DNA from: Microcystis aeruginosa NIES-2549
GTDB lineage: Bacteria > Cyanobacteriota > Cyanobacteriia > Cyanobacteriales > Microcystaceae
Assembly: GCF_000981785.2 (NCBI RefSeq)
Contig: NZ_CP011304.1
Coordinates: 2,220,001-2,252,000 of the forward strand
Length of the DNA stretch: 32,000 bases
Direction: 5' to 3'
The translations under genes and the position numbers were made by a program. Below, one piece after another: positions 24,274-32,000 of the stretch (position 1 is its first letter; every line of letters begins with the position of its first letter). The notes under the pieces were generated by a model. The model was given only the letters and a program-made list of their open reading frames with translations, did not search any database and was not told where the DNA came from.

Positions 24274-25035
24274 ATGAATAGTCTGCCCAGTTCAGTCGAA
24301 CGGGAAAATCTAGGACAATTTTTGTTAGAAAACCTGCAAAATATTACAGATAAACTCGATCAAATTGTCACCGATTCTGATCGGATAATACTGGATAATT
24401 TACTACAAGAAACTAAGATTTTAGTTGAGCAAGTTAAGGATAACTCTAAAACTTATCAAGCAAGAGCCGATATATTTTATCAAATTAATAAATTATGGCT
24501 TCAGGTTTGGAAACAATATAAGAATGAGATTTCGGCAATAAATTTGATTGAGATTATCAATGAATTTACCGATAGAGTAACTGCCTATAATCAATTATTT
24601 ATCGGCCTTGCTCAGATCAATGAGGGAAAGACTGGTGAGGAAAAAGCCGATTTAATCAGAGTGGTGGAAGGTTCACGCATTCTCTCGGAAACCATAGATG
24701 TGTTTATTGATATGTTTGCCGATTCAGAACTAGAGCAAATTTACCAGGGAGCTAAAAATGCTCTATCGGTTTCTAATCGTACTATAACCGAATATTTCCA
24801 AGATACTGACAAATCTTTAGTCACCCAACTGAGAGCCTATTATAGTTTAATAATTTTCAGAATTCAAGAGCGATTTAATCCTAGTAATGTATCTTTAGAA
24901 ACTACTTCTCATTCCCTAACAGATGATTTAAGCGATCTTGATCCTTGGACAAGAGACTTAGTGGGGGTTGTCGATTTAGGCTCAGAAGACCCAAAAGAAT
25001 CGTATATTGATTATTTAGTGGATAAGTATCGGTGA
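24274..25035 (+). CDS. Hypothetical all-helical 253-aa protein with an antitoxin-like C-terminal tail; upstream partner of a PIN toxin
   Basis: A clean ORF with a GGAGG Shine-Dalgarno at 24260-24264. Its stop overlaps the PIN gene start (GTGA). The C-terminus GVVDLGSEDPKESYIDYLVDKYR resembles the tails of short cyanobacterial VapB-type antitoxins, but the preceding ~220 aa are extra. Confidence 0.6.
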   Translation: MNSLPSSVERENLGQFLLENLQNITDKLDQIVTDSDRIILDNLLQETKILVEQVKDNSKTYQARADIFYQINKLWLQVWKQYKNEISAINLIEIINEFTDRVTAYNQLFIGLAQINEGKTGEEKADLIRVVEGSRILSETIDVFIDMFADSELEQIYQGAKNALSVSNRTITEYFQDTDKSLVTQLRAYYSLIIFRIQERFNPSNVSLETTSHSLTDDLSDLDPWTRDLVGVVDLGSEDPKESYIDYLVDKYR

Positions 25036-25442
25036 AACGAGTCCTATTCGATAGTGATGTATTGCTAGATGTTTTGGGTAAGCGTGAACCACATTTTCCC
25101 GCATCTGTACAAGCATTAAATACAGTTAAGACAGGTAAAACTCAAGGATATATTTCCGGTCATGCCGTCACTAATATTGATTATATTTTGTCTAGAGAAA
25201 ATGGAAGAGAAAGCTCAAGAAAGTTGGTGATAAGTCTTCTAGAGAATTTGCAAGTTGCTAGGGTGACAGATGCAATAATTAGGCAAGCATTGGCAAGTCA
25301 GATGAAAGATTTTGAAGATGCCGTTACCAGTGCCGTTGCTGAATCAGAAAAGCTAGAGATAATCATAACGCGAAACCTAAGAGATTTTGCAGTTTCCCCT
25401 GTTCCCGCAATGCTACCAGTAGATTTTTTATCGATTCTTTAA
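25032..25442 (+). CDS. PIN-domain toxin (VapC-like)
   Basis: 136 aa with a GTG start. KRVLFDSDVLLDVL (first acidic residue), the later FEDAVTSAVAE, and IITRNLRDF are typical PIN motifs. Confidence 0.82.
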   Translation: MKRVLFDSDVLLDVLGKREPHFPASVQALNTVKTGKTQGYISGHAVTNIDYILSRENGRESSRKLVISLLENLQVARVTDAIIRQALASQMKDFEDAVTSAVAESEKLEIIITRNLRDFAVSPVPAMLPVDFLSIL

Positions 25443-26501
25443 CTAATGCTTCGGTAAACGTAAACCATCCGATCGCATGGGGATTAAAATCTGAGTTAAA
25501 CTGCGTAATTGTTCGGCCGTTCCCATACAAATTAATAAATCCCCGGCCATTAATTCCGTATCGCCAGTCGGTCCCCCGATTAGCGTACCATCAGCGCGAC
25601 GTATAGCCAAAACTAAGGCCCCCGATCGAGATCTTAAATGTGCTTGACTAAGACTTAAACCGACACAGGGACAAGTCCTCGGATCGATTAAAAATTCTTC
25701 CATATAAAATGATCGATCGGTTCCAGTTAAAATCCCATCGACAAAATCCATCACCTGGGGTCGTAGGGCCGCGGCCGCTAATCTTCTACCGCCGGTAATA
25801 TAGGGAGATACCACCGCATCGGCCCCGGCCCGTTGTAATTTTTGTACTGCTTCCTCGGTACTAGCCCTAGCAATGGCGCGGATTTTCGGATTAAGAGTTT
25901 TAGCAGACAAAACTGTATATAAATTCTCCGCATCGGAAGTTAAAGCGGCCACAATACAAATAGCGCGTTCGACTCCTGCCATTTGTAAAGATTTATCTAA
26001 GGTAGCATCTCCTTGAACAACAATATAATTTAATTCTTTGGCCCGATTTACCTGTAGGGGGTCTGTATCAATGACTACAAAAGGAATATTTTCGGCGTAA
26101 AATTCGATCGCCACCTGTCTGCCGGTGCGACCCAAACCACAGATGATATAGTGTTCCGATAGTCGATCGATCAAGCGTTTCTCCTGTCTCTGTTTGAGTC
26201 CCTCTTGAAAATAGCCTTGAATTAAAGCTTCGGTCAAGCGATTAACAATATAACCGATGCTGACTACTCCCATGATAATCAAAACCATTGTAAACAGTCG
26301 TCCCCGTTCACCTAGGGGATTAATTTCGCCAAAACCGACGGTAGCGAGGGTACTAATCGTCATATAGGCCGAATCTAGCCAACTCCAACCCTCGATCAGA
26401 TGATACCAAAGCGTACCCAGCAAAAACACCACGATCAGGGCAAAAATTCCCCCGATTAATTCCTGACGCAGACGACGATATTTATCTTCACTGATAGACA
26501 A
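25443..26501 (-). CDS. Two-TM potassium channel with RCK (TrkA-N/TrkA-C) gating domains, MthK-like
   Basis: 352 aa with a TTG start. It has the selectivity filter TLATVGFGE between two TM helices, the Rossmann motif IICGLGRTGRQVA and a C-terminal TrkA-C-like domain. Its stop codon abuts the PIN gene stop with a 0-nt gap. Confidence 0.88.
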   Translation of the reverse strand: MSISEDKYRRLRQELIGGIFALIVVFLLGTLWYHLIEGWSWLDSAYMTISTLATVGFGEINPLGERGRLFTMVLIIMGVVSIGYIVNRLTEALIQGYFQEGLKQRQEKRLIDRLSEHYIICGLGRTGRQVAIEFYAENIPFVVIDTDPLQVNRAKELNYIVVQGDATLDKSLQMAGVERAICIVAALTSDAENLYTVLSAKTLNPKIRAIARASTEEAVQKLQRAGADAVVSPYITGGRRLAAAALRPQVMDFVDGILTGTDRSFYMEEFLIDPRTCPCVGLSLSQAHLRSRSGALVLAIRRADGTLIGGPTGDTELMAGDLLICMGTAEQLRSLTQILIPMRSDGLRLPKH

Positions 26502-26627
26502 GCAAAATTCACCCCTAACACTGTCTAGTAAATTACAATAAAATCAGTTTTTAATCTAAATAACCCGTCCTTCTCAGACGGATTTGATTATAATTTCCCC
26601 TATGTCTAATCGCGCAGGAGTTCCCCA

Positions 26628-27911
26628 GTGAGTCCAGAAACCCTTTTAGAACCAACCCTAGTTGATCCCACTCCCAATTTAAACCCGAATCAACCCTTCG
26701 ATCCAGATAGTTTTAACAGCTATGTGATGAATACCTATGGTCGCTTTCCCATTGCGATTGCCAAGGGGTTGGGGTGTCGTCTCTGGGATACTTCCGGCAA
26801 ACAATACCTTGATTTTGTCGCGGGAATTGCCACCTGTACCCTCGGTCACGCACACCCCGCTTTAATTGAAGTGGTTAGCCAGCAAATCCAAAAACTCCAT
26901 CATGTCTCGAATTTATACTATATTCCCGAACAAGGGGAACTAGCTAAATGGATTGTCGATCATTCCTGCGCTGATAAAGTTTTTTTCTGTAATTCTGGTG
27001 CCGAAGCGAACGAAGCGGCAATTAAATTAGTGCGTAAATATGCCCATACGGTGCTAGATTTCCTGGAACAGCCGGTTATTTTAACCGCTCACGCTAGTTT
27101 TCACGGTCGCACTTTAGCTACCATCACCGCAACTGGTCAACCGAAGTATCAAAAAGACTTTGAACCCCTGATGCCGGGGTTTGCTTATATTCCCTATAAT
27201 GATATCGAAGCGGTGGAAAATGCGATCGCTGATCTCGATGAGGGTAATCGTCGTGTGGCCGCGATTATGTTGGAACCCTTGCAGGGTGAAGGGGGAGTAC
27301 GTCCGGGAGCTATCGAATATTTCCAACGTTTACGGCAAATTTGCGACGAAAATAACATTTTGCTTGTCTTTGATGAAGTACAGGTGGGAGTGGGAAGAAC
27401 CGGCAAACTCTGGGGTTATGAGAATTTAGGGGTAGAACCGGATATTTTCACTTCTGCTAAGGGTTTAGCGGGGGGTATTCCCATCGGTGCGATGATGTGC
27501 AGAAAGTTCTGTGATGTGTTTGAACCGGGTAGTCATGCGAGTACCTTTGGGGGTAATCCGTTCGCTTGTGCCTCAGCTTTAACAGTATTACAAACCATTG
27601 AACGGGATCACATTCTCGAAAATGTCCAGCACCGAGGGGAACAATTACGCAGCCGTTTACGCGCGATTGCTTCTCAATATCCCCATCTATTTGTCGATGT
27701 GCGCGGTTGGGGTTTAATTAATGGTATGGAAATTAATTCAGAAAGTGAGTTAGTTTCATCTACTATTGTTAATGCAGCCTTGGCCGAGGGTTTATTAATT
27801 GCTCCCGCAGGTCCGAAGGTTCTCCGTTTTGTACCTCCTTTAATTGTCTCGGAAACAGAAGTAGATGAGGCTATGGATAAGCTAGAAGCAGCCATCGCTA
27901 AAGTGGTTTAA
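26628..27911 (+). CDS. argD: Acetylornithine / class-III aminotransferase
   Basis: 427 aa with a GTG start preceded by GGAG. Motifs include DFVAGIATCTLGHAHP, FFCNSGAEANEAAIKL, LVFDEVQVGVGRTGKLW, TSAKGLAGGIPIGA (PLP-Lys) and HASTFGGNP. Confidence 0.9.
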   Translation: MSPETLLEPTLVDPTPNLNPNQPFDPDSFNSYVMNTYGRFPIAIAKGLGCRLWDTSGKQYLDFVAGIATCTLGHAHPALIEVVSQQIQKLHHVSNLYYIPEQGELAKWIVDHSCADKVFFCNSGAEANEAAIKLVRKYAHTVLDFLEQPVILTAHASFHGRTLATITATGQPKYQKDFEPLMPGFAYIPYNDIEAVENAIADLDEGNRRVAAIMLEPLQGEGGVRPGAIEYFQRLRQICDENNILLVFDEVQVGVGRTGKLWGYENLGVEPDIFTSAKGLAGGIPIGAMMCRKFCDVFEPGSHASTFGGNPFACASALTVLQTIERDHILENVQHRGEQLRSRLRAIASQYPHLFVDVRGWGLINGMEINSESELVSSTIVNAALAEGLLIAPAGPKVLRFVPPLIVSETEVDEAMDKLEAAIAKVV

Positions 27912-27913
27912 TT

Positions 27914-27938
27914 TCAGTTATCAGTTATCAGTTATCAG
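27914..27938. repeat. Heptamer tandem array (TCAGTTA) x3.6
   Basis: Read directly from the sequence. The array begins 3 nt after the argD stop codon. Confidence 0.85.
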
Positions 27939-28020
27939 ATGTAAGTTTTAAGTTGACAGTTCCCAGTTATGAGTCAATTCTTTTTGAGCTTTATCACCCT
28001 AACTGTCACTTTTTCAATGA

Positions 28021-28048
28021 TTACTGGTTACTGTTTACTGATAACTGA
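28021..28048. repeat. Heptamer tandem array (TTACTGG/TTACTGT/TTACTGA/TAACTGA)
   Basis: Read directly from the sequence. The array ends 3 nt before the ATG at 28052. Confidence 0.85.
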
Positions 28049-28051
28049 TTT

Positions 28052-30187
28052 ATGTGGCATCCTGACGCTTATCAAGCTTTAATTGCCGAGAATTATCCCC
28101 AAGTTGCGGCAATCTACGAGGAACTAATCGATAACAATCCCGAAAATATTTCTGACTATTGGTACTTGGGAGTTGCCTATCTTCTGCAAAATTTAGAAGC
28201 AGAGGCACAGGTGATGTGGCAAAATGTTTTAAGAGGAGGTAATCCGGAAGAAGTTAAGCAATGGCAAGCAGAATTAGAAGCAGTTTTAGACGCAGAAGCG
28301 CGACGACAACAAAGAAAAGGTGATCTGGCAGCTGTAGAATATTTTCGCTATCATCTACAGGAAATTGTTCCCAAGTCAATTAATAATTTATTAGCTTTAT
28401 TTGACTTGGCTTTAGATTTAGAAATATTCGCTCCAGGAGAACTACTTAATTATCCTATTCAAGAGAATCTCAGATATAATCCTGATCGAGAATTGCTTTT
28501 AAATGTAGTTCTCAAAAGTCTTTTATATCCCCATGAATTAACTTTAGATTTAGCTCAAGCAAGTTTACCTTACCTAGGGGAATTAGCCGATAGTTTTATC
28601 CCGCAAGCTTTTCAGATATCAGCACGAGTCACCAACGAGCAACAAAGTCCCGCTTTTGGAGTGGAAATTATTAAACTTTGTCTGCAATTAAGACCTAATG
28701 ATCTGAGTCTTTTGGAACAATTGGTTAACCTCTATATTTTAGCAGAAGACTTTGATAATTCTTTAATAACTGCCTATCAATTGCGAGAAATTTGTCTAAC
28801 CCCAACCCTAAAGTTATACAGTAATTATCTAATTTTGTTAATACTTTTGCGCTGGGGAGTTTGGCAAGAAATTGATCATATCTATCAAGAATATCAGAAT
28901 TTATTACAGGAATTAACCCGTCAGAAAAATATCACTTTAGAACCGATTATTAAAACTAGCTTTCTCAATATTTCTAGTCCCCTACCCTACCTAGGCGATC
29001 GAGCCTTAGCCAACCGACAATTAACTAATCGCATCGCCGAAATTTTCCTTGATAATAATAGTTTAAAAACTCCTTTAGTTACAAGCAAAAAAGCTTCAGG
29101 AAAACTAACGATTGGTTATCTTGCTAGTACCTTAAAACATCATTCTGTCGGTTGGTTAAGTCGTTGGTTAATTCGCCATCATGATCGAGAAAAATTGCAA
29201 ATAGCCATCTATACTATTAACCAAGAAGAAGATGAAATTACCCGTCAATGGTTCCGGGATAGCCGAGATATTATCCGTCATTTTCCCCACGCTCAAAATC
29301 CCCTAGAAGTTGCCCAACAAATTCAACAGGATCAGATAGATATTCTAGTAGATTTAGATAGTTTAACCCATAATCTCACCAATCAGATTATGGCCCTGAA
29401 ACCCGCAGCAAAACAAGTGACTTGGTTAGGTTGGGATGCTTCTGGATTAGCAACTATAGATTACTATATCGCCGATCCCTACGTTTTACCCCAGCAAGCG
29501 GAGGAATATTATCGAGAAAAAATCTATCGTTTACCAGAGACATATTTAGCAGTGGATGGTTTTGAAATCGGCACTCCCAATCTCCGTCGAGAAGATTTAG
29601 AAATTCCCCCCGATGCTACCATCTATTTTTCCGTACAAAGTGGCATGAAACGCCATCCTGATACTATTAAACTTCAGATGAAAATTCTCGCACAAGTGCC
29701 TAATAGTTATTTTCTGATTAAGGGAGTCGGTAAGACTGAAAAAATTCAAGAATTATTTACTGAAATAGCGATTCGGGAGGGAGTTAATCCCCAAAGATTG
29801 CGATTTTTACCGAGAGATATAGATGAATATACCCATCGCGCTAATTTACAGATTGCCGATGTGGTATTAGATACCTATCCCTACAATGGTGCTACCACCA
29901 CCTTAGAAGTTTTATGGCAAGGAATCCCTTTAGTTACACTGGTAGGAGAACAATTTTCCGCCCGCAATAGTTATACTTTTATGATTAATGCTGGTATTGA
30001 AGCCGGAATTGGATGGAATGAGGTAGAATATATCCACTGGGGAGTAAAATTAGGACTTGATCGCTCCCTTCGTCAAGACATCAGCCATCAACTGTTAGGA
30101 AATCGTGACACAGCCCCCCTCTGGCAAGGGAAAAAATTCGCCCAAAATATGGAAAATGCCTATTTAAAAATCTGGCAGGGAAATTGA
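28052..30187 (+). CDS. TPR-repeat protein with a C-terminal GT41 (SPINDLY / O-GlcNAc-transferase-like) glycosyltransferase domain
   Basis: 711 aa. The N-terminal part is TPR-like and helical (YWYLGVAYLLQNLEAEA). The C-terminal part has LTIGYLASTLKHHSVGWLSRW, DILVDLDSLTHN, VTWLGWDASGLATIDYYIADPYVLP, FLIKG, DVVLDTYPYNGATTTLEVLWQGIPLVT and ARNSY, typical of the GT41 family. Confidence 0.82.
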   Translation: MWHPDAYQALIAENYPQVAAIYEELIDNNPENISDYWYLGVAYLLQNLEAEAQVMWQNVLRGGNPEEVKQWQAELEAVLDAEARRQQRKGDLAAVEYFRYHLQEIVPKSINNLLALFDLALDLEIFAPGELLNYPIQENLRYNPDRELLLNVVLKSLLYPHELTLDLAQASLPYLGELADSFIPQAFQISARVTNEQQSPAFGVEIIKLCLQLRPNDLSLLEQLVNLYILAEDFDNSLITAYQLREICLTPTLKLYSNYLILLILLRWGVWQEIDHIYQEYQNLLQELTRQKNITLEPIIKTSFLNISSPLPYLGDRALANRQLTNRIAEIFLDNNSLKTPLVTSKKASGKLTIGYLASTLKHHSVGWLSRWLIRHHDREKLQIAIYTINQEEDEITRQWFRDSRDIIRHFPHAQNPLEVAQQIQQDQIDILVDLDSLTHNLTNQIMALKPAAKQVTWLGWDASGLATIDYYIADPYVLPQQAEEYYREKIYRLPETYLAVDGFEIGTPNLRREDLEIPPDATIYFSVQSGMKRHPDTIKLQMKILAQVPNSYFLIKGVGKTEKIQELFTEIAIREGVNPQRLRFLPRDIDEYTHRANLQIADVVLDTYPYNGATTTLEVLWQGIPLVTLVGEQFSARNSYTFMINAGIEAGIGWNEVEYIHWGVKLGLDRSLRQDISHQLLGNRDTAPLWQGKKFAQNMENAYLKIWQGN

Positions 30188-30293
30188 CAATGAGAAAGTT
30201 ATTCGCAATCAATAAAGTATCGAATCGGGGCAGGAAAAATTCAGCGTCGGGGAGTTTAAAAAGATTAGAGGATTTAATAGAACTCTTGCCAAT

Positions 30294-30534
30294 TAATTAG
30301 GGTTTGCTGAAAAAGTTTGTTGCTGGGGTTAGGCTTCGGCCGTGAGCTCAGCGTTCGACTGAGCTCACGCCGAAGTCCGAACGGAGTCGGTCGTCGGGAG
30401 TCGAATGAAAGTGCAAGGATTTTGAGTCCCTCGGATCGATTTCTCAACGTTTATTTCTTGCACTTTTTTGACTAAAAAAGTCCCAAAAGTGTTTTCTAGT
30501 AATGCTTCCATTAATATTCAGCAAACCCTAATTA
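30294..30534. mobile_element. MITE-like non-autonomous element (241 bp) with 16-18 bp perfect terminal inverted repeats and nested internal hairpins
   Basis: The left end TAATTAGGGTTTGCTGAA (30294-30311) is the exact reverse complement of the right end TTCAGCAAACCCTAATTA (30517-30534). Internal stems are CTTCGGCCGTGAGCTCAG / CTGAGCTCACGCCGAAG (30334-30351 / 30359-30375) and AAAGTGCAAG / CTTGCACTTT (30408-30417 / 30457-30466), the latter followed by a T-run. There is no ORF. A TA target duplication is possible. Confidence 0.6.
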
Positions 30535-30681
30535 CTCACCTGCAGAAATGAGATGCTCCCTCTGAACAAGCTTGATGAATTAGGAAGTTATCATTATTGC
30601 TTGTATATTTTTGCACATCCTCTGGCTAAAAAGTAGAGCGAGAGGTCAATTCATCCGGAGTCTTGCTGCTTTCTTGGGGGG

Positions 30682-31638
30682 ATGTTGTTCTCGGCTTTAG
30701 TCATACTATATCTAACAATTTTCTCAATATATGATGCTTTCTGGAAATCTTACATACAACAGAATTTATTGATTTATTCTACAGATGGTTTGATGGGAAA
30801 CGTAAATCAACTAAGCTTTTTCAGAAAAATTAACATATTTCTTGGGATGTTAAGGAGAGTGCAAGATACACAGATATTATTTTTACTAACAGCAATTGTC
30901 TTGATATTAGGAGTACCATTTCTGATATTAAAGCGTGTTTCCTTAAGCCAAAATCAAGAAAAGTACCAGACATTTTGCTTTGTCTATTACAGTTTATTTA
31001 TTTGGGCAGCATCGAGTTATTCAATTATCAGACCGGGGAACGGGTTTACTCATTATTTGCTGTTTCTAATCATACCTAGTGGATTTCTCATCGGTGTTTT
31101 TATAGGTGAACTGGCACAAGTCTTACAAGTGTCAAAATTAACCCGTTCAAACTTAAATTTCTCTCTTTTAACAGGTGTAATTTTTATTACAGTTGCTAGT
31201 AGTTTTTTACAATTTGCCACAACGATAACATCAGATAATGTTTACCTTAATAATCGCCGAAGATTTGCTAGAAATTATCTTAGTCCGATTGCAAAAACTA
31301 TTCTCAAGTATGCTTCTCCTGGTGAATCTATGGCGGTCTGGGGATGGGCATCAGAGCTATATGTTGACACGGGTTTGGTACCGGCGATAAGAGATAGTGT
31401 TTCTCTTTGGCAAATCAAACCAGGTTCACTGCAAGAATATTTTCTGCAAAGATACGCGGAGGATTTCATTAATTCTAATGCTAAGTTATTTGTTGATGCT
31501 GTAGCTCCAAGAATGTTTTTCTTTACCGATAGACAAACTCAGGGACACGAAGTTTTTCCTGAAATTGCTAGGGTTATCAATGAAAATTATCGGCTAGTTG
31601 ATGAAGTTCAAGGAGTTCGTATTTATCTTAAAAAATAA
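30682..31638 (+). CDS. Integral membrane protein with a C-terminal soluble domain (possibly related to ArnT/PMT-type glycosyltransferase C-terminal halves)
   Basis: 318-aa ORF with about 6 predicted hydrophobic helices and then a ~140-aa non-hydrophobic tail. It is AT-rich and downstream of the GT41 gene. The family assignment is tentative. Confidence 0.5.
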   Translation: MLFSALVILYLTIFSIYDAFWKSYIQQNLLIYSTDGLMGNVNQLSFFRKINIFLGMLRRVQDTQILFLLTAIVLILGVPFLILKRVSLSQNQEKYQTFCFVYYSLFIWAASSYSIIRPGNGFTHYLLFLIIPSGFLIGVFIGELAQVLQVSKLTRSNLNFSLLTGVIFITVASSFLQFATTITSDNVYLNNRRRFARNYLSPIAKTILKYASPGESMAVWGWASELYVDTGLVPAIRDSVSLWQIKPGSLQEYFLQRYAEDFINSNAKLFVDAVAPRMFFFTDRQTQGHEVFPEIARVINENYRLVDEVQGVRIYLKK

Positions 31639-32000
31639 TCCTACGCTGCCTTACCTCTTGTTCTTGGTCAAGCAATCACTGGCAACCTAGAAAAGGGTAA
31701 GCGCATCTCAAACGCTGTTGACAATCGGCCAATTTTATGAGCCGATTGCTGTGTAGTCATTTCAAATGATACCAGTCAATCAGAATAGTTACGAACTCGA
31801 CCTATTTGCTCGATTTCTCCTCAAATATGTCTGAATCGTGGGTAGGCGACGAAGAAAAACATGGGGCAATTAAAATCATTTCTATTCAGGGAAGTTTCTT
31901 AACTAGAAAGACTTTTAGTCTTTAGATAATATTAGGTCTAGATATCCTGTTCACCGATTACTGACCTAGGAAATTAACTTGGCACGACTACTTAATTTCT

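Noticed and set aside
30540-31638. The 318-aa membrane protein as a pseudogene truncated by the MITE insertion
   Set aside because: The reading frame upstream of ATG 30682 closes at a TAG (30634-30636). I could not recover a convincing N-terminal continuation on the far side of the MITE, so the evidence is insufficient.
1-32000. tRNA, rRNA or other canonical RNA genes
   Set aside because: I scanned the intergenic regions by eye for cloverleaf-like GC-rich 70-90 nt segments and rRNA-like conserved strings and recognised none. A tRNAscan or Infernal run would be needed to be certain.

Overview
The window looks like cyanobacterial chromosome, most likely Microcystis-like. Supporting signs are frequent HIP1 octamers (GCGATCGC, e.g. 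916-923, 1052-1059, 3081-3088, 8223-8230, 20999-21006), phycobilin-lyase-type genes, a KaiB-domain gene, hpnH, many intergenic heptamer tandem repeats and several toxin-antitoxin pairs. Most of the window is housekeeping or accessory core: a LivG-like ABC ATPase (partial), a PerM/AI-2E transporter, purH, a creatininase-family enzyme, a HEAT-repeat plus CpcS-type lyase pair, hpnH, a DICT/HD-GYP-like protein, an OmpR-type regulator, a GST, a pentapeptide-repeat protein, an M14 carboxypeptidase, pilT, an RCK K+ channel, argD and a TPR/GT41 glycosyltransferase. The most interesting stretch is about 22.2-25.4 kb. It is AT-rich and I found no HIP1 there by eye. It holds a two-gene operon, a three-Cys-motif DUF5131 (phage Gp37/Gp68 family) protein plus its partner TcmP, bracketed by 49-bp imperfect direct repeats. 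Next to it sits an unusually large antitoxin-like protein translationally coupled to a PIN nuclease. I read this as a horizontally inserted, functionally uncharacterised candidate nucleic-acid-modification or defence module. Secondary points:
- a protein made of three copies of an unnamed ~90-aa domain, coupled to a pentapeptide-repeat protein
- a long KaiB-domain protein downstream of pilT
- a degenerate HD-GYP domain
- a 241-bp MITE-like element with nested hairpins
- a G-quadruplex-capable heptamer array
- an operator-like nested palindrome at the mazEF promoter
All homology calls come from motif recognition by eye and memory; no searches were run. I found no rRNA, tRNA or CRISPR array.
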